In this document: piece by piece, positions 33,493-47,718 of the stretch
How positions within the stretch are numbered: the stretch's first letter is position 1
Layout of the letters: each line of letters begins with the position of its first letter
NCBI GenBank assembly: GCA_040954595.2
Contig: CM082594.2
Location: forward strand, 4,573,319-4,637,318
Length of the DNA stretch: 64,000 nucleotides
Direction: 5' to 3'
DNA from: Balanoglossus misakiensis
Taxonomy: Eukaryota; Animalia; Hemichordata
Notes under the pieces: generated by a model
The model's input: the letters and a program-made list of their open reading frames with translations, nothing else
The model's database searches: none
Told to the model about the DNA's origin: nothing
Position numbers and translations under genes: made by a program

Positions 33493-36400
33493 TTAATATT
33501 GTGCACAAGTTATCTTTTGCTATAAATTTAAGTTAACCAGCATAAGTTAAACTTTTATTATTTTGCGAAAATGGAAAAATGTGTCTTGACATCCAGTGGC
33601 ATTTTAATTAGGTTACAGGTAATTGGCAATTGTTTCTCAGAATTTTAAAATGAATGTTCCCGGAATTTTAATATGAATATAAGCGATCATGACACCTGTC
33701 AGACGGTTATGAATCTACCAGGTCTGCGTATCAAATGTCACGGCTGTGAATCCACATCTCCCTGACACCTGCCTAATGAAGATTGGTCTAACAAGCCCAA
33801 ACCTGCAAATTCCACGGCAAATTAATCATTGTGTGTGACAGGCCAAACTGTGAAGTTATGATAGATCTTTCATCAGTTTTCCCTTGTGATTGATCTTCCT
33901 GCCGAGGGAAAGTCGTGAGGCACTCACACTGGCATTGTGTGTATCAGTATTCTGCACAGAGCAATATTTTTGTTTTATGCGAAAATTTAAAAGCATAATT
34001 TATTGAATGTTGATTTACCATTTTAATTGTACTTTCTCCTAGTATAAACTGAGAAGTTAAGTTAATTGCTCATCTGAGTCAATTGCATCACATTCTTATA
34101 CAACAGTTCCAGATCCCACATAAAGAATTTTGGTTTGGTCTTGCTCATGACCAAGTGATGATTAATTTTCATCACAATACACTAAACACAATGACAAAAA
34201 TTACATAATGTTTAATAATTTCATTCATTATACCCATTGAGAAAAAATTATATAATTTGTAAATATTTCTAATGTTGAATATACATGTATACCACATGTC
34301 ACTGTAATAATCTTACATGAAAAGATTTTAAATTGCAATCAAAAGAAAGGTTATAATATATTAGAGTCTGTGACATACTTTTTATAATTATAGAGGTACG
34401 ACGTGTCTTGATTTAAAACAGCTCATGTATCATTATTTCAACTCCAGCATCATAACTTTTAGCCATTCTTTTTTCAGCATTTACATTTAGAGTATCAGCC
34501 GCAACATACTTATTCAACCCTATGACAAGAGACTTGAAGATGGCCAATATGTACATAGTCAACATTGGTTGTTGAAAATAGAATGTAAGTATTCATTTTT
34601 TCAATATCATTGGCTGTTACATACATAGAGTGATAGACTATATCTACCAGTAGAATACCGGGCATATTAACATTGGAAATTAAAAGAACTATCTTTTTAT
34701 ACTCATAATGAAAATATCACAAAAACTGCTGTCCCCTTAATGTATTTATCCTTCATAAATATTTCCCTGCTTTCTTCTAAATTGAAACATTTTTCAGTAA
34801 TTTTGTATGTTTTAATAAAAACCAATCTATCTATTATTAATGAAAGCTAAAGTCCAGTCCTAAAGTAAATTCTGCTTGGAAAATTAAGTTTATTTGAATC
34901 ACATTCTGAAGGTGCTAAAACCAGCGTTCAATGACACTGTTCAGAAATGTAATAATGCAAACAGCGAACTTTTAAGTCTTATTTGACTTAAAATTTAGTG
35001 TTCATGATTGACAAGTTGTCACATTATATATTTCATTTTGCCACGTTTTCTATCAATACTTTAGACATTAATAACTATGCCATTTCAGTTCTCTCTTTTA
35101 TTACATATTTTTTCTCTAGTTACCTTAATTTAAGATGAAAAAGGCAGGGAGTGTGAAATCTAATATATTTGTCCCTTTGTGCAGTGACAGAGAATTTACT
35201 GATTGACTTCATTTCTCGGAATTGTTGGACTTCTCCAGATGTGACTATCAGATCATATCCTGTCAGCCAGAAGTTGTACCTTTTATGTGGCATGTAAGTG
35301 TATGCAGAAACAATTCTTAATTTTTTGCTTTTAATTTGCGCAAGAAAACTTTCCACACTCTTACTTGGTATCAGAAACACAGTAAGGACCAAATAACACT
35401 TGGCGTCATTTTATCAATATGCATTTTTGGCCATAGTTACCATGGAAAGTCACGATCTAGCTAATCACAGATTTTCAGTGGGTGGCCACATGATAAAAAG
35501 ACTGCCACCAGATGTTCTTTGGAACGCTCAGACATGCCATGAAATTCAGCAAATTTCTAACTCTACTTTTTTTCTATTTCAGTGTAAAAAACACAAGTAG
35601 AAGAGAATTAAGGTAAGCATGCATACTCAAAAAATGGTATTATTTATGAAATTTGCCATCCTTCAAACATTTGTATAGTTACAAAATACTGTATATCATT
35701 TCAAAACCAAACTTTAATAGCTGTTGATTTTTGCATTATTTTCATGATTTTACTTTATATTCGAACTTAGGTTGGTCCATTTAAATAATCTTACTGATGG
35801 GTGTACACAAATGAATTAATAGTATCAACCTCTGATTGTGGCTGTTCATTTAAATGCGAATAAGTTAAGTAATAAACATGTGCTGCGTCCATTTATTATT
35901 CAAGATGGAGGGCTGTCAATCATGAAATCAAAGCAGATGATCTCTGAATTACAAAAATTATGCAAATGAATGGCAGCCAGCTAAAAGTAGATCACTTCAG
36001 TCATTCGATTAATACAATTCACACTGTACATTGCCAGTGTGTCAGCTGTTTTGCATATTTGGAATCTGCGTACTGTACAAATACAGATACTGTATACTGT
36101 ACAAATACAGCAACGTATTGTACAATACACAACGCCAAAGGTTATATACAGCAGTAGTCATGTAAGAATTCAAATTACCAGTGTGCTTGATTTCATTAAA
36201 AACCTGTGATATAGTGATCTTTAATTAAGTATTTTTAGCTTTTCATTTTTGTGCCAGCTGACCACAAAACGGCACGAGTAGCTGTGACAGTCTTATAATA
36301 TTCATGATACACTATTTTATTGAAAAGTATATTATTGCCCGGTGGTTTGTAAGCAATAACATATGGAGAATAATCCAAATGCCAATCATAGGAAAGCTTT

Positions 36401-39202
36401 TGAGGGCATCTATAAACTCCGGTAACTACTTTTGGACGAGAGGGTTAAAAACGCTTGATTTATTATGTTTGTGACTGCTAACAGATGGGGCAACAGATGA
36501 AAGTATATCAGATTATAAATGGAAAATGAGGTGAGACTTAATGACTGCTGTCTGTCATGATTTATTGAGATCTATTACTTTAGAAACAGTTTTTTTCCCC
36601 CATCGTAATCCTCTTGGAAAGATCGGTCATTTAGTCAGTCTGAAAACGCAAGAAATTAAAAAAAAAGGAATTCAAAATAAGAAATTTGAAATAAAATATA
36701 ATAAAAATTCATGAAAGCTACATTTGATTTTGTGACTGAACTAAAACATGCAACTTTGAGAGAATTTTAATACCTGACGTGACCTGGTTCTGATCCAGGG
36801 GATTAAATTGGTTCAGCTTAAGCCTATCTCAGTTGATATTTAGAAAGTAGATATTTCCGGTATTAATATGGTCCATGACTTGATCCTTGTTTTTAAAAAA
36901 ATATGCTGCATAAACTGAGATTATTATAATCGTGTTATTTGTTGATGCGTAAGGTCATAGGTCAGCTGACGGTCAATAGGTGGGGGGGGGGGGGGGTGAA
37001 GTCCTAGAAATGAAATATTACTCTCACTACCTCTGCTGTCAAATACCGTAGTATAATCAAATTAATACCTTTCAAAGATGCAGCAAAATGAGAAATGATA
37101 ACCTTGTCTATCAAATATTGAAAATTGAAAAAAACATTTTTGATAAAGTCACTGTTTCCACTAATTAAGTGCAGATGGGAAACATCCTGTAGCTGGATCT
37201 GGAAAACTAGAAAACAAGATTAGCTCCATTCTGCACCTTTTTTAGTTTTTGTCTTTTCTGCACTTTTTTCCTACAAATTTATGATATCAAAAGTAAGACT
37301 GTAGATTGACTAATGGTGGTTGCATAGCTCAGTTCATTTATGAGTAAACAAGAGACCCTAACAGATATTAGACCGTATTCCAAGAAACGTAACATTGTTG
37401 ATGACATTTGATACAGAATCTGGGGATTAGAGAGGTAGTTTAACAATCCGTTATCAAAAACATGGCAGCATATTCATATCTGGTTTCTGTATAGTGTAAC
37501 ACAATTGTGACACCTGACCGGAATTGGGTTATACCGCTCTATATTTAGACACGAATAAAGCTGATTTCAAACAAACAACTTTAAATCTGATGACTTTTTT
37601 GTCACTTGTGGCTTCAGGTCAATTTATACCTGTCACACAAACATCAGCCTATTACACTGCACGCTTCACTCAGTGCCGTACATGTGGCAATAAATTAACG
37701 CACAGCTGGTGAAACGTTATTTTTATTATATCGCACAGAGCACTGAATTGTAGTTTGCGTTTTGCATGTACCACATGCTCGCGCGGACCATTTCGCAGAT
37801 ATAATAACGCAGGGGGTTGTGGGGTAGTTTGCGTTCTGAGCGCGTGCGTTAGCCATGTACTGGACGCTATGTTGAACGCAAATCATACCATCATGCATTG
37901 CAGATACCTTATTGGCCAAACAATAATAATGTTAATTGCTATGCACAAACGAGAAAATGTAAACACTATGCATTGAACCCAGCCTCAGGGATATGAATAA
38001 AAAACATGTGGTTGATACACAGAATAAAAAAAAACTTGAAAAAATATCCAAACGTTACAGATTGTGGCCCTTTAAAAATGAATTGAGGCTGTCAGACCAA
38101 TGCATGTTCCTGAAGAGATGACTGGATTTTAAGGGAAAACATTTAATGGCTTGACAAACTGGTTATCTTTAACTGCCCCCATGGCCCGAGATGTAGAAAT
38201 GTACATTATCTGGAGTATACTCCCACTAAGGTGTGTTGTACTTTCTCTCTATGTGAAATCTAATAATCTCGTAAAATTCCTGCGAGATTTGTTAATCTGG
38301 AGAATCCATTGATACATGAAACATCACTTAATTTCAGATAGCAAGCAGCTGGGAATTGTAGCGATATCTTTCCGTGTGTAATCTAATTATATTGGAAAAC
38401 CCTGAATTGGCAAGAACATCCCAGTGTCATTATTAAACAGCAAGTTCCCGCTGTGCTGCATCTTTTTGAAATTTGTTAATGCGATTACAGGATGAAGTAA
38501 AAACAGGTTTGTGAACTTTATCATATTTGATTCCACTCACTCACTCTTCGCTTTTCACCGTAGTAACTTTAGTTTAGGTTCTTGTATGTTGAAAGCACTC
38601 TAGTGGACCACTGTCAGTGTCATGTCACTCTCTTCATATATATGTGTGTGTTTAAGTCTGTCTATGTGTCCGTCCACACAAAAAATTGTGGAGGTCATAC
38701 CCGTAGTATCACCATTGACAAATTTTATCACAGACAATTCCCACACTCCACTCCACTAAAAATTCCAATTCTCTTCACACGTGAAATTTATAGCTTGTCT
38801 TATTGCTTTTCAAACCATCTCTGCCCTACTTTCCTGTTGAGAACACTCTTGTACAATGAACACCCATATTGTTTTGAAATGTTAAAATAATTATCCTTAG
38901 CTCTAGGGTTCAGTGCTCGCACACTCCTGCTTTTAATTTTACTAATGGACCATTCCAATTATTTTTTGTTTCACTTCCTAAATGAAATAAGATGAAAGTA
39001 ATTTTGATAATTACAAAAAAGAAAACAAAAATGTGGAAGGAAGTACCCAAGGTATGAGATAAAACACTGCATTATAATTAGCGGTATTAAGAAAAAAGAG
39101 TGGATAGAAAATGTGATGAAATGCAATAGTAGTGGCCATTAACACATTGAAAGATAGTCCAAATTAGACAGGCTTTTCCTCTTTTTTTATGACAGTCATA
39201 TA

Positions 39203-39372
39203 CAGTGAAACCTGTCTATCAAGGACACCTCTGGGACTGGAAAATGTGTCCTTAATAGAGAGGTGTCCTTAATGGACAGGTAATATTCTATTCAAACTGT
39301 GACTTTTGTCTTGAAAAATACAACATGTATGTCCTTAATAGAGAGGTGTCCTGATTAGTGAGGTGTCCGTAA
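39203..39372. mobile_element. Truncated Tc1/mariner (pogo/Tigger-like) MITE
   Basis: TA|CAGTGAAACCTGTC left end and internal repeats 'gtccttaatagagaggtgtcc'. Right TIR not seen. Confidence 0.65.
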
Positions 39373-39399
39373 TGTGCATATGTAAAATAGGGGAGGCTG

Positions 39400-39461
39400 T
39401 ATGGTTTAATGGGCCAAATCCATTGTTTTCTATAATAAGTTAAATGGGGTGAAAGGGTTAA
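39400..39461. mobile_element. Partial piggyBac-like mini-MITE
   Basis: 'aaatccattgttttctat...ggggtgaaagggTTAA' matches the right half of 58319-58406. Confidence 0.6.
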
Positions 39462-40741
39462 ATATCTCATTAGGTGAAGCAAATGTAACGGTAATCAAAC
39501 TGTTATTGATAGATGTCTCTTCATCATTTTCATACACATTATCTTGAATCTAAGCACACGATCAAATTTTGAAGATAAGGGTTTATGATCATCAATTTTT
39601 TGGTCAAATTATGTCAAATTGATTTCTAATTAATAAGGATCTTTAACCAGAACTGGACATAATTTGATAGCCTTTGCCACCTTTCTTGACACTAGTACTT
39701 TTTGTAGATCCTTGGAAAGCAGTCCTCAAGGTTTACTGCAGACGGTTTAATTCTGTTTCATCGTTATTCTTCGTTCGTCCATAGTTTTGGTAAATTGCTG
39801 TTCACCCCAATGAACTTGCTTGTATTAACAGGCTTGTTACCCTTTATACATGTCTAATGAAAAACATTATTCTCACAAAGAGAACTCGAAGCTCTTAATC
39901 ACCTTTCGATAAAGTACACATGCTATGATTTTATTTTTTATTCAATTACATTGTGTTTTCATCAACTGCTTCCATCTCCAATTAATTGCCATTGTCAGCA
40001 GAAATAGGATCTGCAATTCACCTGAAAACACGTCCTTCAAAAAAAGTGCATTGACCGGGGTGGGAGTTAATTCGCCCCAATGAGGTCCTGAATTAAATTC
40101 ATTTTTATGACTGAATGTGTTCCATACGGCGCGAGGAGATCCCGCTGAGTGAAAAAGTACCGACCGCGTGATGGTTTGTGAATCAGCGTGGATGTTTTTC
40201 TACTTTGAGAGAGACCACAAAAGCATATTGCGTGTGAATATGGGTACGCCCACGATTGAGTAACTTTTGTCCCCCCCCCTCCCCCCAAATGTCTACGCCA
40301 TCACATACATTCTTTGTGGCTTTCAAGTCAAGGAGGATTTCCCTGATGTTTTCCGCACACACCATTGACGAAAAAAAAAAATTAAACGACTCTGCGTAAT
40401 TGGATGACACAGATCAACCTCTGGTGGACAAGATTAAACAGAAAACAAAATCAATGTCTGTCTGCAATTTTAAATTGGGAGGCATGCCCGTCACAGCAGT
40501 CATTGGCAAATTGCATTCGTTTTTTTTTTCGTGTGTGGTTTTGTCAGTTTTGCTATCAGTATAATTACCCGAGTCATCCGAGGGTGACTTGCTTGTTTTC
40601 AGTTTTCACCAGCTCATCAGTATGGGCTGAAAGATTTCTCTTTTATTGATTCTGCTAGTCTGCCATTTTAGAGTCTGAGAAATATATCATCTTGGTGAAT
40701 GTAATGTTAGTGTTTCCTGAACCGTCTGTCCATTTCATTTT

Positions 40742-40826
40742 GTGTTTGTTTGTTTGTTTGTGTGTGTGTGTGTGTGTATGTGTATGTATGTGTGTTTGTT
40801 TGTTTGTTTGTTTGGGTTTGTTTGTT
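40742..40826. repeat. Compound (TTTG)n/(TG)n microsatellite
   Basis: Visible directly. Confidence 0.9.
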
Positions 40827-41946
40827 CACTCGCATCATTCATTAATCAGAGCCAGCATTCCAGTTCAGAGCATCCAGTGCAATCTCAATTTTTGCCATTT
40901 ATGAATGAAAGCACTGAGACACACTCCAATTGAATGGAACAGACTAGGTGAAAACGATCTTTCTCGGCACACATACATAGCTGAAAAATAGCTTTTCAGC
41001 ACTTATTCAGGAGAAATTCAAAACAGTTGTGAAATAAAAATCGATTGGAAAAGGTTATGAAATATAAACATTGATCAGAAATATCAGCTGCTGCCATTTT
41101 ATTGTTACACGTTTTATGTATTACCACGATTTCTGTAGTTTCAATTGAAAAGTCAAATTATATTAAACCAGCTTCAGCTGTCAGCTGTATCATTCAAATA
41201 AACAAATAAATACTGGGCTTTTTTGACACTGACTCAAAATGAGGAATGTTACATTATAAGTTTTACAATGATATAAGGGATTGATGGTACTAGAACAATT
41301 TTGAAAGTCACAAGTATGATGGAATGTTGCTGTCACAAGAATGAGATTCATATGTTCATGGGTCCAAGAGAAGACAGATTGTCTCATTCAACAAATCTTT
41401 CTTCAGAAGATGAAGAGACTATGTTTCATCGTTACTTGTCTGTTACTTTTTGTAGCTTTCACAGATGCCAACATCGATCTGCTAATTTCAAGAGGAAATC
41501 TTTTTGCCCACAGACAAGAATTAAAGCAACCCTACCCTTGCCAACAGTCAGCACTTAGCAATAATTCCGCAATAGTTTCAAGACCGACCCTGTTGTAATT
41601 GTCATTTTCTCTATTTTTTTCTTGGACCTGGTTAGCTTGCTTGCCTTATTGGACCTGGTGATCATTGGGCCTAATTTGATGTCATATTATTCCTGCCATG
41701 GTGGAGCTGTACGGCATACTTTAGAAGATACATGTAAGTATTACCCCTTTAAAGTCTACGCTTTCACTTATAATCCAAAATTCAATTATTCAATTATGTG
41801 TGCAATTGATTGGTATGAGTCAAAATATAACTGATGTCTGTTGCAGTTGAATGTACAAAATTCTAATCAAATCTGCAATATTTTGAAAGTAACTAGTAGA
41901 AGTTCATGAGGTCTCCAACACTTCTCAAGTGTGATCTTGTGAAGTA

Positions 41947-42154
41947 CTGTAAAACACTTAATTTTCGCGAGTTGAAATTTTGGTGATATCAAGAGAGGCC
42001 ACTGTTTCGTGAGTATTAATTTTCACGTTCTCTTATTTCATTCACTGCATCGTTATCTTCAAAAAGAATTTACGCGACTGTTTATTTTCACGCTATTTTG
42101 GCTCTTGCATATTTCGCGAAAATTGATTGCTCGCGAAAATAAAGTGTTTTACAG
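41947..42154. mobile_element. Tc1/mariner-type MITE, 208 bp, TA TSD
   Basis: TA|CTGTAAAACACTTAATTTTCGCGAG ... CTCGCGAAAATAAAGTGTTTTACAG|TA. Confidence 0.88.
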
Positions 42155-45100
42155 TATGTAAAATTATATTTCTGTGGAACTTTCCTGTGACTCGGTTTTA
42201 GTACTCTTACCGAAGTCAAAACACATACATACCATATGTCTGTCTTTAATTTAGATGAAAATATTTTTTCACCACCTTGTCAAACACCCACGCATGTTTT
42301 CCTGTAAAGATAAGCTGTGGAAAGTTTCCGGGTGATAGAATTTTGATAATCTAATTTATCTGAACCACCAGATCAGTTCCCCTCTCTCGCAATCCCGCCC
42401 ACGCAGTCTCCTAGGTGTTGATGTAACCTACATTTGTGGAATTTTTTTAAGAAGCGCTTTGATGTTTTGTTTTTGCTGTATGAAATTCCTTGTCATTTTC
42501 TTATCAACACAGCCCATGTGTTTACAGTCAGCATTGTCAAAATTTAATTTGTCAAAATAATAACAGTGGTTGTATATGTGTACATTTGTATGTGGGCGCT
42601 TCAGGGAGTAGAATAAGACTTTGTTGTAGTTGATATGAAGAACAAATTTTGCCAAAAATTATAAGTGGACTCCTCTCTCGAAATACACACACCCCTCCAC
42701 TTCTGTCAATGCCGTCTTAAAAATAGCACCCTATAACTGTGATGAACAAGTCTGGTTGAATATCTGTGAAAAAGGGTCCCTGGCAATTAAAATCAAAACT
42801 TTTCAGATAGATTGATGATTATTGATAGGCCCATCATCACCACACACTGAATACGTGCATTTGGCAAGGGTTTCTCACTGGAGCCCAGTGAGTGTGTCTG
42901 CCATAGATTATTTCATATGCCGCCCCAATCAAAGAAAAAAAATCATGAGTTCAAATATTTAATGAACTATAAATAGTACCTAATCTACTTATCTTGCCTT
43001 GTGTTGACAAGTTAAAAATTAACCATCGCGTATGATGCCCATGTCTTGTTTCCCAGGAAAAATGAACAATGTCAGTTTTTTTAATGAAGTCCATAATTGA
43101 CTGCTCCAATTCATGGAACAGGGCAGAAAATCTAGGTTTCGGTAAACTTTACTTTTAATGTTTGATGGCTATTTCATCATCACAAATTATTTGCAGGCAA
43201 ACAAGGGAAAAATAAATTGATAAATAATTAAGATTTTAATTACATTTCAAAAGAACTCCAGTGTAATATCAAAATCCGTCATATTTTGTGACAAGGATGA
43301 AAGGAAATCTGTCTTGAAGAAAGTGTACGATATCTTTATCAATAATTTATGTCTTTCCTAATATTAGATCTGCACCAAAGAAGTTCAGTGTGCCCTGTAT
43401 CGATCATGGCCCTCAGGAATTGTGGGTGTTCTGTTTTATCATGAGATTATGATTTTTCTTGAGGAGGAGAGAGGAAAATAGTGCACAGACGAGTTCAGTG
43501 TGGCCTGTTTTTACCATGACATAAAATCGCATATATATATACAGACCCGCCAATAAGTATTCTGGAAAAAGTAAGAATCTGCGTAACTGTGGCCTATTTC
43601 AAGATAACTTGATAGTTTTGGACAATATAATTTTAACCACAGAGCTCTTAATCAAATATTTTTTTATACCAAAGAGATATCAAAGGAAAGGTCTGTGAAT
43701 GAATTTTATTCTGTATCATCACAATATATTGGCACTAGAACACTTATTTGATGCTTAAGGCCCCTTATAAGGCCCTCTTAATTTGTTCAAATTTTCAACA
43801 ACAGGTTACAGGCTTTCAGCATTTCTTGCATTATTGATAAATGATCACGTTTAAAGACCAAGAAAAATACTTGGATGAAAAGAAAATGTCATGTTTCAGA
43901 AATCTGAATGAAACCTGCATGTATGTACCTTCTCGTGACATCATGTGTTTTTGACAGAGAAAAAACAATGTAATCAAATCTGGCTCCCAGGAGGTCAGTG
44001 CGGCCTGTATCTTTCACCGCGGATTCTCCTTGACACATCGTGATCTTGATCGGTTGCCGATCGGTATTCATCGGGACAACTGTCGCCTCGATTACACAGA
44101 TGATAAATCAGAAACTTCCATCCACCCAACCTTTTATTGATCACAACATCGCTCTGTAGTCCAGGGTGACACGCGGATACTTCGAGATGAGATGTGTGTT
44201 TGTATTTTGGCCTGCTTGTCATGTGATGCGTATGCCGAGACTCTTGTTGATAATCTGGGACACGTCTTCAGTGTAGTGCCAGGCAACTGACTTTGAATAC
44301 CAATGCGTCACATTCACAGCTTAAATGGTACCTGTTAAGTGGTGCACAGTATGACAAGAATTACTTTAACAGCATTTTGATGAGTAGAAGTCAGCTTGCA
44401 CTCCATGAAAAAAATTAGATGAAGCAATCAGGAAATAAATTTGATAGAAAAATAAAAATCTGGGTGTCACATGCTGGAAAGTGCTAGAAAAAGTCTTTAC
44501 TCTTACCGACTACATCCTGTACTGAAAGATAAAATTGATAAATAATATATCATTATGAAGAATCTTTAATTTGAAAGGCACAGCTTCATGTGATCATTTA
44601 TGAATGTACATGAAACAAATGTTCTGACTCTTTCAACACTGATCTGAAAGAATATGGAGACGTGTAGTTACAGTTAAAGATGTCTCTAAACATCAAAACA
44701 ATCATAGCCATCCCACAACAAGGAGATGTCAAACAAGTATTTTAAAAATCTTTATTGAGAAGCACATGCTTTTTACAAATGGCCTTAGAATGAAGGGACG
44801 TGGCAAGTGTGTTGATGTATGTGTTGGCTGGCTTTTTGCTGTAGCAGTGCTAGTGACCTGAAGTGACCTCGAGACACTGGTAATTGCACATGCAAGAATA
44901 TAGCAGCGTTGTTGCCTGGTGACAGGGCTGCTGGCCAACGCCCCCATTAGCTGCTATTAGCACTTGGTGTCATATTTCGTTTGAACACTTAAGCCATCAT
45001 CAACATTGTCAAATGCACGCTAACTAACCCTGTAAACCCCCCCCCCCAAAATGAGCTTGTTTTACCACTTCTAGCCCCAGTGTGACTGCAGAGTGTTTGA

Positions 45101-46735
45101 GGCGGAAATCAATTGCGATCCTGTGGGTTATTGTGGCCAGCTGGTCTCACTAGGTTGTGAAATTGTTGCAGCATGCTTTTTAATAGTTGGTCAAAAAATG
45201 TCTGGATACAGTTTGGGGGTGATGTTCATTCCAGCATGCTTTGATTCGGTCAAAAAAGGGTTATCCACAGTTTTAGGAGAAAAACCCGTCCCAATAAAAA
45301 TGTCAAGTTTAACAAGACTGTCGCGAGTAATGTTTCCGAAAAACATGGCAGGAACATGTGTCTGGTGCAAATCAGACAGACACAGGGCACATGTTGTGAC
45401 TGTATTTTTGAAATTGCATGACAGGTGGTGGGACTTGCTTGTCTTGAGAGTGTGCTGCAGATTAATCACTTTGGCTTTGCTGTTGTATATCAACTTTATT
45501 GATTGTCGCGAGGATGTACGTGTTGGCAAAGACCCAGTCATTAGCTTCTTTACGGAGAAAATGGATCTGACTCCATGATACGTCACAGTCTGATAATTTC
45601 CTAATTAAGAGAGTCTTTAAGGAACAATGTCACTCGCCTTTGACATTATTTGGTTATATTATTTTCTTTTGTTGTTCAGCTCACTGAAATATGCTCACTG
45701 ATTAGTTGCTGCAATTCAACTCACACCCTGTATATGAACATAATACATGAATACTTCAGTCATTCATTTTTGGTCAATACCAAAAATTATTTTATTTTAC
45801 TGTAGTACTGGGATGTTATTTCCATATACAGAATGTGAGTTGAACTTGAAGTGTGACAACCAGTAATTGAGCATAACACAAATGAAATTGAAAAAAATGT
45901 TAAAGGTGACTGACTCAAATGTATCTTTAAACTGAAATGTGTTACTTAACGTCACACGTAAACTGGAACTCTGGCCTAAATATCACCATATCCAAAAATA
46001 ACTGAGATTTTCTGATATTTTTGGATCATTGATAAATATGCAGTGATATTCATGAGAGGAAAAAATATGGAAGTAAAATTTTCTCTCATCTGTTCCTTTT
46101 ATCAGCTATTTTTAATAGTTATGAAATGTTTTTATAATACTACCTACTTTTTTTTAGTTTCCTCTGTCTACAGTTTGTCACTGACCATAAAACACCACTT
46201 TTTATCTATACAGTCTGTGCATTTTCATTGCGTTTACTAGCACCAAAATTGTTTGAAACGTGAATTCTATATCTGTCAAAAATAGACCAAGAACCAGTGC
46301 GTAGGAAAATGGCTGCGGAAAGTTCAATGCAGCTGGAGATGTAATTTTTTATATTTTAATACCAAGTCACGTGAACTCTGACATTTGGTGTGACCTCTTT
46401 TACACTGCACTGGGACGTTTACGAACCGACCAGTTCAGCATTTCCAAACGTAGATGAATTCTTCTGAAAAACTGTTGCCCTTTTATATATTTTTCATGAT
46501 GCAGATGTGAATGCGCGAGTGCGTGAGTCAACAAATACCTATGCATTTATATGTTGTAAAACGGCTGAAATATTTAAATCGTAAATTTCAACAGTCACAG
46601 CACTTGTTGTCAAGCAATCGCAATCGTTTAGATAGCATGGTCAATATTGACTCAGAACCCATTCAGAGGGATATTCTAACTGTTTGATATTGACATTCGG
46701 AATTGACATGTCTTTGAATTTTTTTTTTTTTTCAG

Positions 46736-46857
46736 GTGACTGAGAATTACTACAAGGTGCTTGTTCTCATGCGGTTGTTACAACTGTAACATGTTTTGGT
46801 TAATTACAAGCCAATTCACAGACTACCACCCATGAATTCTCCAGCATCACTTTAGAG
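46736..46857 (+). other. Putative internal non-coding 5' UTR exon of the DGK gene
   Basis: Long T tract with CAG acceptor ending 46735 and a strong donor GAG|GTGAGT at 46857/46858. Next acceptor TGCAG ends at 47393. Confidence 0.6.
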
Positions 46858-47642
46858 GTGAGTTCGCACACCGAAACAGCGTGGAACTTGAGGCTTTTCT
46901 TTCTACGCTGCACACTCCCTCCCTGACGCATTATATTAACATCCACTTAGCCGCGTTGAAAAGGCCTCCCGTTCTCCGCCGTATTAATTATGCCCTTACA
47001 ATTAAATTCTTGAGATTTTGCGGTGAAAACACTTAAGTGGAGAAGTGAATGGTTGTGAGTGAAGACCTGTCTTTCAGCAGGGAGATTTGCCAGACCATTA
47101 TTCTCACCAACGAACGGGGGCTTCTGCACTGCACTGCCCCTATTTATATGCCATTGAATATTTATATTGGAGAGGGATTGAAGCCCGGCACTGCACCATT
47201 CAGTCCCACTGTCAGTATCTCTTGTTCCGGATACGCTGTGTTGTCAGGAGTTGGCCCCTGTGCCTGCCAGTATTTCCTCTCAGTAAAATAAACCAATCTT
47301 AATGTTGTCATCTCGGGGTTTCAGCTAAAAGGAAGAAAGCCGCCTCGCTCGATGCCAGCGTGATTGTTATTATTTTTTTTTTTTAAACTGCAGTACCAAA
47401 GGCGTTACTCTCTTCTCGCTCGGTGTATAGTCCGTGTATACGTTTGCATGCATGGTATATCAACGTGTACGCTGCTGCTGCACTGAGTCCAAGCTGTCAG
47501 TTCTCGTACGGGTACCGCAGAGTTGAGCCGACGGGACTGCGTCGTGGTGACTGCTGCCGAGACAAGCTACTACACTTGACCGCAGAAGATATAGCTTCCT
47601 TTACATAAATACAAACCGGCACATATAAGGAGACTGGGAACC

Positions 47643-47718
47643 ATGGCCAACAGAGACGTGCTCACATGGGACAAATTCAGCCCGGCCGAGTTCGAACAAC
47701 TGCAGGACTACGCATCAT
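47643..47718 (+). CDS. DGKB: First coding exon of a type I diacylglycerol kinase (DGK alpha/beta/gamma pro-ortholog); the gene continues beyond the window
   Basis: ACCATGG start; MANRDVLTWDKFSPAEFEQLQDYAS followed by a phase-1 donor T|GTAAGT at 47719. Closely resembles the DAG_kinase_N start of vertebrate DGKB as I recall it ([24 protein letters not shown]). The exon probably begins at 47394. Too short for the ORF track. Confidence 0.8.

Noticed and set aside
45093-45586. Overlapping 161-aa (+) and 131-aa (-) ORFs
   Set aside because: No recognisable motif or convincing splice context; likely chance, though BLASTX would be needed to exclude it fully.
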